Source of the DNA: Octopus bimaculoides
Taxonomy: Eukaryota
Reading direction: 5' to 3'
Assembly: GCF_001194135.2 (NCBI RefSeq)
Contig: NC_068981.1
Coordinates: forward strand, 110,486,968-110,531,296
DNA length: 44,329 nucleotides
Shown here: positions 1-12,697 of the stretch, piece by piece
How the letters are laid out: the number at the start of each line of letters is the position of its first letter
How positions within the stretch are numbered: position 1 is the first letter of the stretch
Position numbers and translations under genes: made by a program
Notes under the pieces: model-generated
The model's database searches: none
What the model was told of the DNA's origin: nothing
The model's input: the letters and a program-made list of their open reading frames with translations, nothing else

Positions 1-529
1 ATATGTATATGTTTAGGGTTGGGCAAAAACTCCGTTCAGTTTTTAGTAAGCGAGAATAAGATAATTTTGTACACTGGCTTTTCCATGAAAAACTGAGGTT
101 CAGCAAAATTATCAATGTCTTAGATCCTTAAAGAAACTCATTAACTAGAAACAGCTATTCATTCTTCGAGTTTAATCCTCCAAACCTTGCAGGAGTTGTT
201 AAGCTTGCTGATGATAATGATATTGACGATATCGTTGTTGACTCAGCGTCCCCTCAACCACCTCAAATGTATACTAGTGGGAGGCTGCAACCAGTGGAGT
301 TTCACAGCCCTACTAAATCAAAACGACAAATTAACTCCACCAATCTTATGTGACGTTTATAGAAAGTTTTGTAATTTTACTTCTGCTTATCATGTACAGC
401 AGACAGGTTATACATACATACATATATACATAATGCATACATACATGCGTGCGTGCATGCATTCAAGTATGCATACATACATACATGATGGCTGCCCCCT
501 CGTCATCGAGTATGGCCATTGCACGAAGC

Positions 530-850
530 TTAACGGTGCTGTAATCGAATGTGACTTTTTAGCCCAGCCAAAGATCTACAATGTCTTGCACAGAGTTGGC
601 ATCCAAAACCTTTACTGGCAATAGCTGGCTGTTGTTGTAATTGGGCTCCATGTACCTTTGCGTGTCGTTTAAGTCCTCCTGCTTAATCACACTCCCTTTT
701 ACATGCCCGACAGACATGATTAGTATGGTGTGTAGCATCATCACCAGCGGCCTGGTAGTCAATCATCAGTCTTGCTTTATGACTACAAAGATGACTCATG
801 AGTCCAGCTTTACTGAGGCACGGTCTTGCACAGGCATTGCATGTCAACAT
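530..850 (-). pseudogene. C-terminal ORF2 remnant with three tandem C2H2 zinc fingers (one in-frame stop)
   Basis: Manual translation: MLTCNACARPCLSKAGLMSHLCSH...CRACKRECD*AGGLKRHAKVH...CQLCARHCRSLAGLKSHIRLQHR*. Internal TAA at 685-683, terminal TAA at 532-530. Confidence 0.8.
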
Positions 851-1091
851 ACATANNNNNNNNNNTGTTGTTGTAATTGGGCTCCATGTACCTTTGCGTG
901 TCGTTTAAGTCCTCCTGCTTAATCACACTCCCTTTTACATGCCCGACAGACATGATTAGTATGGTGTGTAGCATCATCACCAGCGGCCTGGTAGTCAATC
1001 ATCAGTCTTGCTTTATGACTACAAAGATGACTCATGAGTCCAGCTTTACTGAGGCACGGTCTTGCACAGGCATTGCATGTCAACATACATA
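630..1091. repeat. Apparently identical ~226-bp duplication flanking a 10-N gap (probable assembly artefact)
   Basis: 630-855 recurs at 866-1091 (offset 236), separated only by N856-865. Confidence 0.85.
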
Positions 1092-1198
1092 CATACATAC
1101 ATACATACATGCATGCATGCATACATACATACATACATACATACACACATACATACATACATACATACATATGTATATATATTATATTATATTATATT
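1085..1198. repeat. (TACA)n / (TATAT)n microsatellite
   Basis: Tandem catacatacata... then tatattatattat read directly. Confidence 0.95.
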
Positions 1199-1200
1199 AA

Positions 1201-1412
1201 GGCAGTGAGCTGGCAGAATCATTAACCCGCCGGACAAAATGCAGTATTTCGTCCGTCTTTAGGTTCTGAGTTTAAATTTCGCCGAGGTCGATTTTACCTT
1301 CCATTCTTTTGGAGTGGATAAAATAAGTACATATCATGCACTAGAGTCAATGCAATCGACTTACCCCACCACCGCCGAAATTGCTGGCTATGTGCCAAAA
1401 GTTAAAACGAAC
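1201..1412 (+). mobile_element. tRNA-derived cephalopod SINE (family 1)
   Basis: GGCAGTGAGCTGGCAGAATC head with A-box-like and B-box-like (GTTTAAATTTC) motifs. Body matches copies at 24348, 43184 and 43411. Confidence 0.85.
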
Positions 1413-1756
1413 ACTAACCCTACCATCGGTTGAATTAACCAAAATTTTCTTCTGACGAGGTTAAGGAGGGTTCGCTGTGTGTTTAAGCATGTATGCAAGC
1501 ATATGTTATATGCATACCAAAGTAAGCACATAAATGTGAAGCAAAGTGGACAAAAAATAGTTCTCGAATATCGGAGGTAGAGTAATATGCTTTATTAATA
1601 AAGTTGCAAAGACATTACAGAAACTATTACTCAGAGCTTCACGTTGGAGAATTCTTGGTTCTTGAGATTATCTTCCCTTCTCAAGTGGACCTAGTCTTAA
1701 TTGCAGGAGCGGAGATAATTTTAATAAGTCAAGAAACTATGTTGTATGATATTTGA

Positions 1757-2135
1757 TATCTTTTACTTGTTTCAGTCATTAGACTGCGGCAATGTTGCGG
1801 CACCGCCTTGAAGAATTGTTTTTAGTCGAATGAATCGACCCCAGTACTTAATTTTGTTAACCCTAGTACTTATTCAATCGGTTTCTTTTGCCGAACCGCT
1901 AATTACGGGTACGTAAACACACCAGCACCGGTGGTTAGGGGACAGACACATACACATACACACACACACACAACGGGATACTTTCAGTTTCCGTCTACCA
2001 AAGCTACTCACAAGTCTTTGGTTGGTCCGAGGCTATAGTAGAAGACACTTGTCGAAGATGCCACGCAATGGGATTGGACCCGGAACCATGTGGCTGGGAA
2101 GCAAGCTTCTTTGCCACAGCCTCTCTCGCGCCTGT
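1757..2135 (-). mobile_element. tRNA-derived cephalopod SINE (family 2) with internal (CA)n
   Basis: Minus strand reads ...AAGCTTGCTTCCCAGCCACATGGTTCCGGGTCCAATCCCATTGCGTGGC...AAGTGTCTTCTACTATAGCCTCGG. Same family at 28724 and 44140. Confidence 0.85.
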
Positions 2136-2289
2136 GCATTTGTTTATGTTATTCACATACGTCTTACTGGTCACTTTGGGTTATTTCTCTAAATATGTAT
2201 ATATCTATATTTATATGTATGTGAATATGTGTGTGTACACATACACACAAATGCATCTATACATATATACAGAGACACATATATCCTTA

Positions 2290-4940
2290 TGGATTTGAAA
2301 ACTGAGTTGCCGATTTTCAAAGGGTATCAAAAGATTCAGTAATCTTTCGGCTACCAAATAAAATATGTTTTCAGCACAACTCTTTTTTACTTTTAAAATA
2401 ACCTCGAAAATCGAGGTCGGGTCGCACAATTTTGAAGTAATTTCCGGGCAATATTTTGGTTTGCTTCTAATGATTCATTTTCGTCCGATGTTTTACGCAT
2501 GCGTAGAATTCTACTGAAATACCAGTTATTTTTACATACATTTCTTCAGTCCAAAAGAAGACAAACTTGAACAATACTTCCAAAATTGGACTTCACCCAC
2601 GATTGTTAAACCATCAACAACTATGTGGGGGGACAGAGTGGCATTATCTCTCTCTTTCAATTTCTCATTATAATGTACGGAGACACTGTGCTACAACTTC
2701 ATTAACTTCATCGATATATGACTAAACCTGGATTTCATTTCATTGTTTCCACACTTTGCTATCAATTATATATATAATTCCAAACATGGTCTGTAAAGAT
2801 AACTTATTTTAATACAATATTTATGTGTACATTTTCATACATCTTTCTCGGGCGTACAAATACGCACGCACACTTCTTCACCGCTACACAATCAGAAGTG
2901 AACTCCAATTTTGAAAGTATTGTTCAAGTTTTTCTTCTTTTGGAATTAAGAAAGGTGCGTAAAAATAACTTCCTTTGGCACACACACACACACACACACA
3001 CNNNNNNNNNNNNNNNNNNNNNNAAACACTAAAATCTCCCTCCCAAACGTCCACTCATCACCGCACCACGTTCAAAAAGCTACAAACTCCCAATGTTTCA
3101 CTTTTAACTTTTTGGAAAACTGGGAAGTTTCGTCAGAAATAATGTCGTTCACCTGCTGTTTCTAGCATGTCCGAGGTGACATCTGCGCACCCACCTTATT
3201 TTATTTCCTAAATTTCTCTCGATACCTATGTTTTCGATAGAGGAGATTAGGATTTCGCCCCAAAAACAGGTTCTCAATACTTCAATTTTCTTCCTCCCCA
3301 TCCCAATTTTTTCATCTTTTACTTTTTCTGAAATTTTTTCTTGGTAATGTACGGATCAAAAAAAAAAAAAAAATCAGAGAGTGCGAATCTTTAAGAATTT
3401 TCTTCTTTCTTTTTTCTTAAAGAAACACTAAAATCTCCCTCCCAAACGTCCACTCATCACCGCACCACGTTCAAAAAGCTACAAACTCCCAATGTTTCAC
3501 TTTTAACTTTTTGGAAAACTGGGAAGTTTCGTCAGAAATAATGTCGTTCACCTGCTGTTTCTAGCATGTCCGGTTTTCTGGTGGTGAACTGATATTTTTT
3601 ACGTCTGCTATTTCAGTACAATTCTACGCATGTGTGAAAGATCAGACGAAAGTGCAACATTGAAAGTTTTTACCTTTTTGAAAGCGAGTAGATGATGGGT
3701 AGGCGAGATGGGGAATGGGGCACTGAGTGTTTCTTTGAGAAAAATTAAACTTTTAAAAAAATTATATTTCTTAGATTCGTAATCTCCGTATTTTTCTACG
3801 TGGAAAAAAATTCGAGAAAAGTTAAAGATTAAGATTTCTGGGCAAGACCGTATTAAATCCTTTTCATACGATGAAACAATACATAGTTTGTGATCCTTCT
3901 TATAAACAGAAAGCACTTTCTTTCAAACCCATGCAAATTGTACCCTTTCTCCCCTTCACTTTAAAAAAAACAATAACTTCCATTACGCCAGTAATCCAGT
4001 TCACTATATATCAGCTAACAGAATGCATACGCTTATCAACACAAGCCATAGCGAAACCATTGACAGTTTACCGATTCTTCTCATAATAACGGTATACCAA
4101 TTGAGATATGAATTTTGCCCCATATCTTGGTTCGTTAGTAATTAAACTATATAATTAAACTATATAATGCACAACTTCAAATTGCTGTCTTCTATTTTAT
4201 TCGCTCTTTTCAGCGATGCCACCAAAACGAAGACATTCTCTGTATATCAGCATAACCCATTTATTTTCAAGAAACAACATCCGTATACATTTATGCCAAA
4301 CTACCCACATCACTAACACTATTTATTTATATCCTTATATATGTACATATACATACAGCCCCGAAGCCCCTTTTTTATTCTGTTGGTTTCAACATTGATA
4401 CAAACTGATACAAAATATGCTTTCAGAAAACCATAATACTTTTGAACATAGCCTTTTCATTGGGGAAGCTAATGTATATGTGTGTGGTTCACAGTTATCA
4501 AAAAATATCATGGGATGGGTAAGAACTATTTCAGCTTCTACATTATCCGATATGTAGCCATGAAAATGAGTTGCCAATATTGCTGTGTCAGATAACAAAA
4601 GATTGAGCAATCTTTCGGCTACCAGCGTAAAGTAAGTTTTTTGTACAGCAACCCTATTTTACTACAAAAATTAACACCAAAACGAGGCTCAGTTGCACAA
4701 TTTTTAGGTCATTTTGGGGGCAATGTTAGGATTTCATTCTAACCTAAGCTGCGATTGTCCATGTTTTTGGTGTCAAAAATTTCAGCATTGTTCATCAGGA
4801 AATGACCGAAAAACTTGTTTATAAAGAAGAGTTGTTTGCTTGATACTCCCCGTATGCCGATACTGCTCATAATAAAGGAACAAATAATACAATATGGCTG
4901 TACGTCATGACACCCGGGCAGCGCCGAGATGCATTGCTAG
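2290..4940 (+). mobile_element. Non-autonomous Helitron-like element(s); 3' end defined, 5' end uncertain
   Basis: GC hairpin CCCGGGCAGCGCCGAG then GCTAG|T (CTAG at 4937-4940). Two related modules at about 2295-2505 and 4560-4780 share AATCTTTCGGCTACCA. Confidence 0.55.
3024..3572. repeat. 150-bp direct repeat
   Basis: 3024-3173 matches 3423-3572 (AAACACTAAAATCTCCC...CTAGCATGTCCG). The first copy abuts gap N3002-3023. Confidence 0.9.
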
Positions 4941-5172
4941 TATAATATAATACACACACACACACAATTCAGCGGTAATATAATTCATAACGCTGGTTGC
5001 TAGTGCTAAACATAAGTCAGAAGGAGTTATAGATTGGTGGTTTTTCGGAGTATTACTTATCCAACTGGAAAAGATACTGGTCTATGAGATTGTTGTCCAG
5101 ATAGAAACTATACCCTTTGTAGAAAACTGAGGTAAAAAGCTGACCGGATCATTTCTGTCTCATAATCTATAG

Positions 5173-8100
5173 CATAACTTCCCAAAGTGGGTGATATCGC
5201 CCACTGGTGGGCGATTTCAACTTACAGATGGACAATGGGCGAATTTCTAGAAAATGGTGGGTGATTTGAGATTTTGGCGGGCGATATGAACATTTTGTGG
5301 GTGACAATGAAGTTTTAGAAATTAAGCCTGCATTTACTGATATCTAGGCATGCCTTGAATAAGGATGCACTTTTATCGATTTGACAACTCGCATGAGACG
5401 TCCCTTTGTATTACAAACATGGACTTGTTTATCGATCGAATATTTTTGTCGCAGTCATTGAGATGGTTGTCATGCGTGCTAAAAATAACAGCCAAATAGG
5501 CCTAGGCCTTAAATCACACCACGCTACAATTTTTTGGGGCATAATCCCGCGTGTAGAATACAAATTCGCGAAAAAATTCCTGAAAACTCCGAACAATAAA
5601 AGAAGTTATAAGGGGTTATATGTCGTGTGTAATTCTGTGGTTTCATATCAAAACACAAGTGCTATTTTCAGGATGTTAACAGTCAGGCACAAAGTGACAG
5701 CTTTGTAATCGTGTTTCTTGACTGGGTGAAAATAATCAAACATTAAGCCTCTATAACTTTTTAAAAACATTTTTCTGGAAAAAGTTGAATACCTCCAGCA
5801 ATTTTGCTTGGAAAGGTATATTAATGAGTCAAATTTTAAAATTTTCGATAAACTTTAATTTTTGAAATGCTGGCAGCCAAACGAACTAGATCCATATTTG
5901 CTCCAGTAAATACGTGTCATCTGACTCTGCTCTATTGACGTCTTCTCTTTGGAAATACCATATTGCCTTTCTGACGCCATCTGTAGAAATTCGTTTTCAC
6001 ATTTTCACTTTGCTGATGCCTCCAGTGAAGAAAATTTGTCGACAGTAAAGTAGTGATTATTTGTTGTTTGGATTTATTCCCTCTCCTCAGAACTGGTCAG
6101 TTACCTAGGTGCCTCCTTTGCCATCAAACATTGACCAACGAAGCAATGAAACCTTCACGCTTGAAGTACAACTTTGGTGCAAAGCATTCTGAGAAGAAGG
6201 ACAAGCCGTTATCATACTTTGTGCGACTGAGCTCTTCTTTCAAAAAGTAAATACAAACATTCAACACGCTACTCCAGGAAACTAGTAAACAGGAGAATGA
6301 CGGGTCGATTACATTGTACAACATTGCATTGCTTGTTGCTAAGTCTGGGAAGTTTCACACAATTGGAGAAACATTACTTCGCCCAGTTATCGAAGAGGTC
6401 TTGTCAACCGTTATGCACAAAAAACCCGATAACATTATGAAGAAGATCCCACATAGTAATAACACAATTTCTCGAAGCATCAATAAAATGGCCAATGATA
6501 TCAAACATCAGCTCATTAATATTCTCCAGCGTTCTGAATTTTCTATACAAGTGGATGAGTCAACTATTGTGGACAATCAATGTTTGATGATGGTATATGT
6601 TCGGAATTTCAGCGAAGACCTTCAGCCTTGTGAGGAAATGCTGTTCACAGAGAAATTGCCGCTTGATTTTTCACGCTCGCAAGTCTTTCCTTTTTTAACA
6701 TAATATCACACTCAGTAATATTCTTGCTTGTGCGTCTTATGGAGCCCCTTCGATAATAGGAATATACAGAGGTTTTTCATCTCTCCTAAAGCGTGAAATT
6801 TCCCACCAGATGCTAACTGCTCATTGATTGGCAGACCGGCAGCATATGGTGGCAAAAAAAATATGAACGGTAGGCTGAATAATGTGCTACATTTAGTTAT
6901 CAAGACTGTGAACAAATTGAAGTCCAGTCCCTTGTCTGATAGTATTTTCCGTCAACTCTGTCTGAGAAATGATGAGGACCATACTAAACTCATATACCCT
7001 ACCGAAGTGCGGTGGCTTTCAAAAGGAAACCGCGTTTTACGCTTTGTTGAACTGTTTCACATAATCATATCATTCGTTGAAGATACTCCACTATCCGCTT
7101 CATTGATGACTGCAAGGTGCGATATCTTTTTTCTTTGTGATATATTCACAAAATTAAATGATTTGAATAAGCTATTGCAAGGAAATAGAAAAACTCCCGT
7201 TGATTGTAAATTATTTACCACTACTTTTATTTCGAAATTGGTGTTGTATAAGACTAACATTTCAAAACGTCAGTTCCATCAATTTCCACAACTTGATTCT
7301 TTGAAAGATGAATAAGTTGATGAGGATTTACAGTCATTGCATGATAACATTGTGGAGCGATATCAAGATGTTATTGCGCTGAATATTTCAAATTGGAATA
7401 GCAAACCGATCGAGATCGATGCAGTCGATTGCGAGGATGACGTTCAGGAGGAATTGATAGAATTACAAATGACAATGGTACCACAATGCGATATCACCGT
7501 AATGGCAAAGAAGGTTTGTGGTACCATCAGAGTATATTGAATTCCTACCCCAGTCTGTGGAAACATCTGAAATTACTTTTGCTTGCGTTCCCTACCTCAT
7601 ATCTGGTTGAATCTGGTTTTAACGATGTTGGAACTTTGCCTTCCCATAAAAGAATTGGACTCGACAACGAGGAGACTTGCGGCTAAAGTTGACAAGTTTG
7701 AAACCGAATGTATCTGCACTAGCTGCATCGCACCAGACACATGATTCTCATTAAAAAGTTTTATTCTTTTCCTTTATAAAACAATCATTAATTATTTTTG
7801 CATCGGTAGTTCTGATCGATGGTTCATTTGGGGAAAATGAAAATCAGTGTAAAAGAAAGCGCAAGTTTCCAGAAGTTAATCTGTTTGAAAAATATAGAGT
7901 TAACGTTAGAATTTTATTGATACTAATAGCAAAACTAAATCCACAATAAGGGATTTGTAAACAACCGCATATTTAGTACACACAGCACTAACAGGGCAAC
8001 GAGTCTACAAATATAGTGTGTGTATCTAATGATACAGGGGGTGGGGGAGGGCTAGGGGATTTTGTGTTGGTGGGGTTGTGTCAAGGTTTTTTTTTTACAT

Positions 8101-8176
8101 AGGTGGGCGATGGAACACTTTTTGGCCGATAGGTGGGCGATATTGCAATTTGGCGCGAAAAGTTTGGGTAACACTG
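5173..8176 (+). mobile_element. Full-length (~3.0 kb) Buster-type hAT DNA transposon, inactivated
   Basis: Perfect 8-bp TSD ATCTATAG at 5165-5172 and 8177-8184, with central TA. Imperfect TIRs CATAACTTCCCAAA / TTTGGGTAACACTG. Multiple GGGCGAT/GGGTGAT subterminal repeats at both ends. Transposase inside. Confidence 0.93.
6016..7754 (+). pseudogene. hAT (Buster/ZBED8-like) transposase, multiple stops and frameshifts
   Basis: BED finger region (CLLCHQTLTNEAMKPSRL), FSIQVDEST (first catalytic D), degenerate DGA motif (read as SYGAP), TEVRWLS, and C-terminal FPTSYLVESGF. Ends ...THDSH* at 7754. Confidence 0.92.
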
Positions 8177-9084
8177 ATCTATAGTGATATAAAGTAGTTC
8201 AATAAAACGTATGTTGTAAGCGCGCGCACTCATAAACATACACTCACTCAAACATCCAGTTTAACAAACATGCATTCCTTAACATATCCTGTCTCACTCG
8301 TCTCTTCCTTCCTTTACACCAATCTCTCTTTCCTTCACTTACATTTTACTGATTATCTTTTCCCTTGCCTTTCTTGTATACCCATTCTTGTTTTATACCA
8401 ATCCCATCTCATTCCGCTTGCACTCTTTTCTACTCACATTCATTCTTTTTCTTCTGTAGTCCTTTGCTTTCGCAACTGTCTCTAATTTTCCATTCACTCA
8501 TATCTTTATTACCCGCTTCATTCTCCGACCCCTACATTCCTCATTTTCTGAACGCTATTCCTTTATCTGACTACTTTAATTGCCCGATTCTTCCTGCCTC
8601 CTAAATTTTTCAGTTCTAGTCTGGATTGAATGCAATAAACATCTCTGTTTCTTGCATATTTGTAATTCTAGTAGGTACAGATGTGTGGAAATATTTAAAA
8701 TGGAGCAAACAACATCAGTAAAGTTTGAACATCAAATGAACCAGCTGGAAGTATTTAAATGTTAAACACAGTGAAGTCAGTTTTTAAATATATTTCCGTC
8801 GATTATTACTTATTATTTTCTGTAGATTAAGGCCTGTGGATTGGCAGAGTTGTAAGAACGGCCAATTAAGCTGTGCTGTAATCATTCAGTTATATTCATT
8901 TATGTTGCTGTGTTCAAATCTCACTGAGGTTAACATCGCTTATCTTTCCGATGTCGATAAAGTAAAATACCGGTCAAATAGTGAGATCATTTTAAATAGT
9001 TTTACTTCACCCTTTATGCAAATATTAGAAATCGTTTTTTTTTTTTTTATATTAACAAATGTAGTGTGCGAGGGGTAAATTATT

Positions 9085-9790
9085 CGTGAGTTAAGTCTCG
9101 CAACATGTTTCGATTCCTAATTGAAACCACTTGCTTTTTAGCTACGAGCAATATCACCCTTGAACTGACAACATATTGAACAATGTAGCCCTCGAACAGG
9201 CTGAATTGTACAAGTATATTGGCGTCCAAATCCGATGAAATCACATGTAAGAAAGAAATTAAAACACGGCAAGCCATAGCAAGAACGTCCATGGAAAAAC
9301 TTAACATCCAGACAAGTAAAAGTATCTTAACTAAGTTGAAAACAAAACCAGTGCGAGCACTCATTTGGCTAATAGGCATTTATGGATGCGAAGAATGGAC
9401 CCTGAATAAATTTGAAGAGAATGTAATCGATGCGTTTAAAATGTTGGTGTATAGAAGAATGTTACGAGTTTCTTACAAGGATCATCAGACAGATGAATGG
9501 GTGTTACAACATGAAGGAGAAAGACGACAACTCCCGAACATTGGGAAAAAATCAAAAGCTCATCTATTACGGCCATATTCGAAGAAGCAGTGGTTTATAA
9601 AACATGGAAGGAAGAGCGGAGGGTAGTAGATCAAAAACAAGCAAAGAATGCAATGGACGGACAATATCACGAGCTGCTTGAACGAGAGTGGCAAGGCAAC
9701 TGGAGAACTCGCAAGTTATCGGAAAGACTTTCGTTGTAGTCATCAATATGCTGCATGCCGAAGATTTCTCATTACTTAACAATTCAGAAT
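9085..9790 (+). mobile_element. 5'-truncated RTE (BovB-like) LINE, post-RT region and 3' end
   Basis: YKYIGVQI...KEIKTRQAIARTSM...IYGCEEWTL...IDAFKMLVYRRMLRVSYKDHQTDEWV matches the RTE C-terminal region. Confidence 0.85.
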
Positions 9791-10087
9791 ACTGACTGGA
9801 ATATCTGTGATCATAGGCCTGCTTGACCAGAGCGTTGACCTAGGGCTAAACAACAACGGGAGCAAATCTTGAAAATAATATCCAGGAGTAAAACCTTCTG
9901 AAGACGATCAAACACACACGCACGCTCGCGCACGCACGCACGTACGTACAGACACGCACACACACACAAGAATAGATCACGGGGATGGAGGATAACAGGT
10001 TTTAAAGTAGATCACAGCATTTGTTTCTGCACCGCACACTAGCTTTGAGTTGCTGAGCTTGTATCATATTTTATAATTATTATAATA

Positions 10088-11990
10088 CTAGCAAATGCAC
10101 CCATCCTTTGGAGGGTGTAATTATTATAATGGTGCACTCCTGTGGATAGTTTAAGTTGGATTAGCCCGCAGTTAGAAGTCGTTTCAAGTTGATCAACGTA
10201 AAATGTATAATTACCATTTTCGTTATGGTATTAAGAATCTTAGGTAATGAATAAATTTTTTTGAGTACAAATTTGGCAGTTAGTAATAAATGAAAGTCCA
10301 TGAAATGGGATCGCAATTGCAGTAGGCATCAGGGATTCTATATCTTACTTGAAACGTTTTGCATCAAGTACTTATTTTTCTCGTAATACCTGACACAACC
10401 TCATTGAAGCTTTTTATTTTCAATGAAAGTCATGTATGATAAAGAAAAGCAAACATTAATAGCAAACACACAAATAGAACAATGGCATGTACAAAAATAA
10501 ATGTCAGAGTATGCTTATGAGCGAACAGCATGCGTGAAGTAAGAACGGTCACTGAAGGTGTTGTACTGTTAACAACAATCAGGAAAATGAAGCAAAATAT
10601 CAATGTAGTTCTTGCAGGAAGTCTGATTGCTAACGGCTGCAGTTTGGCGTAGATGTGAAGAATGCAGTAGAGGAATAACTACTGTGGGGCTGCTTTGTAG
10701 ACGACATTCTTTGTTTTTCATTCAGGAGGATAGATGAATAAGTTGTCTGGATGGCCAGCTCTGGAACAACCGATGTAGAACTGTCCATGTGAAAAGCACG
10801 ATGTTCGAAGGTCCAATCTGACAACTTTCAGCGACTGACCTTGTGCTTTGTTAATTGTCATGGCGAAGCTGAGTTTGAGAGGGAACTGAAGTTTCTACAT
10901 AGTGTAGGGGCAGTCTGTTGGGGTTAGCGGAATTTTCGGAATGAAAACGGTATCGTTTTTGCCGTGTCCTGTGATAACTTGAGCTTCAATGTGGTGGTCC
11001 GTCATTTGTTTGACCACAATGCGAGTTCCATTGCATAGTGTGGGTGCGTTTAGATTGCGTAGGAGGATGACAGGGCAACCGACTTTTAAGTGAAGTTCAG
11101 GGGAGGGAGCCCTGGAGGATCTTGGGAGTTGAGAAATTCTGTTGGAAATTGTAACCTGATCAAGGTCTGTAACTGTGTCAACTGATCTGTGACAACGTTC
11201 TTGAGAAGGTAGCTGACTGAGTAAGTCGTAGTTAAGAGTGTTGACAGCTGCATTTGTAGGTGCAAGAATAGTCCTGTATCGAAGCCAATCTGGTTTTATG
11301 TATTCCGTTGTAAGATTGGGTAAACGGCTAAACATATGGGCTGGCCAATGGTGGTAGTGTCAATGTATCAGTTGTCATCGGACGTAAGTTGTCTATTGCC
11401 GATTTTATTGCCGAAAACTGGGTTGTAGGCTAACCAGTCTGTAGCAGTGATCTAATGTTGATGGTGAGTTGTTTAGATTGGACATGCGATCAAAGGAGGG
11501 ATTTTTTAAGGCAGACATTATGTTCATCGGCGGGTGTTCGTTTTGGTATAATAGAGTTTGTCGAAAATCTCCTGCAAGAAGTTGAGTCGCACCTCCAAGG
11601 ATGTTGTTTGATCTAAGGTCTGTCATCGTTGTATGAAGTGCTTGTAGGTAACATTTATGGGATATAGTTGCTTCATCCCAAGCAATGAGTTTGCACTTTT
11701 TCAAATTTGTCGCTTTGTTCGAGGAATGCATTATATGGCACGTTGAGTTTTCTTGATGTACTACATTGAAAGGCAATTTGAAGGTAGAGTGTGCTATTCG
11801 TCTGCCGTCGAGAAGGTAACAGCAATAGCAAGGTCACCATTATGCCGTAACTTCGTAAGAAGAAGATTCAAGAGGAAGAATGTTTTTCCAGTTCCACCGG
11901 GTGCGTCTAAGAAGATAACTCCGCCAGTGTGTGTTTCTGAGGACGAAATTGGGCGATCTTTCTATATGAATCGCAAAATGTCAAACTGAG
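10088..11990 (-). mobile_element. Helitron 3' portion
   Basis: Minus-strand terminus CTAG|T at 10091-10088, preceded by hairpin CACCC..GGGTG (10098-10117). Pif1 helicase remnant upstream. Confidence 0.9.
10679..11920 (-). pseudogene. Helitron Pif1-family helicase domain, degenerate
   Basis: Walker A FLDAPGGTGKT (~11890), [64 protein letters not shown]. Stop at 10681-10679. Confidence 0.95.
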
Positions 11991-12039
11991 TATCTGATCC
12001 AACAGCTGTTAAGGTAAAGCGTTCGGTAAAATCCGTAAA

Positions 12040-12209
12040 AAATTTTATTTATTTATTTTTGTGGGTGGAAATATACATTTCGTTTGATGTCGGGATATAG
12101 TAAAAGAGAGAGAGAGAGAGAGAGAAAAAATTGACAAGGGCGTGTGTATGTGTTGATGCGGGGCGCGAGACAGAAAGTGTGTTGCGTATGTATGTGTGTG
12201 TGTGTGTGA

Positions 12210-12252
<43 letters not shown>

Positions 12253-12636
12253 NNNNNNNNNNNNNNNNNNNNNNNNNNNNNNNNNNNNNNNNNNNNNNNN
12301 NNNNNNNNNNNNNNNNNNNNNNNNNNNNNNNNNNNNNNNNNNNNNNNNNNNNNNNNNNNNNNNNNNNNNNNNNNNNNNNNNNNNNNNNNNNNNNNNNNNN
12401 NNNNNNNNNNNNNNNNNNNNNNNNNNNNNNNNNNNNNNNNNNNNNNNNCGTGTGTGTAAGGGAGAGAGTAACAGCGTACATTTTTTAATTGATTTTTCCT
12501 CGCATCTTTTTTGAGTGAGTGTGTGAGTGACTGACTGAGAGTGAGAGAGATGTGTGCTGTCGGAAAGAAAGAGAGAGCGAGAGCGAGAAAGTGTGTCGCT
12601 GTGTGTGTATGTGTATGTATGTGTGTGTGTGTGTGA

Positions 12637-12697
<61 letters not shown>

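Larger units (their letters stand above)
486..1091 (-). mobile_element. 5'-truncated RTE-clade LINE 3' end, partly duplicated across a 10-N gap
   Basis: The minus strand encodes CxxC-x12-HxxxH fingers of the 'CxxCxRxCxSxxGLxSH' type typical of the RTE ORF2 C-terminus. A short 3' UTR (GCCATACTCGATGACGAGGGGGCAGCCATC) and an (ATGT)n-like tail at about 410-486 follow. Confidence 0.7.

Noticed and set aside
15-120. Mariner-like TIR at the window start
   Set aside because: No partner TIR or transposase sequence found.
630-1091. Tandem duplication of the zinc-finger segment (would give five fingers)
   Set aside because: The copies look identical and are separated only by a 10-N gap, typical of unmerged contig overlap.
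3024-3572. 150-bp exact direct repeat as an LTR pair
   Set aside because: No TG..CA ends, PBS or PPT. The first copy abuts a gap, so misassembly cannot be excluded.
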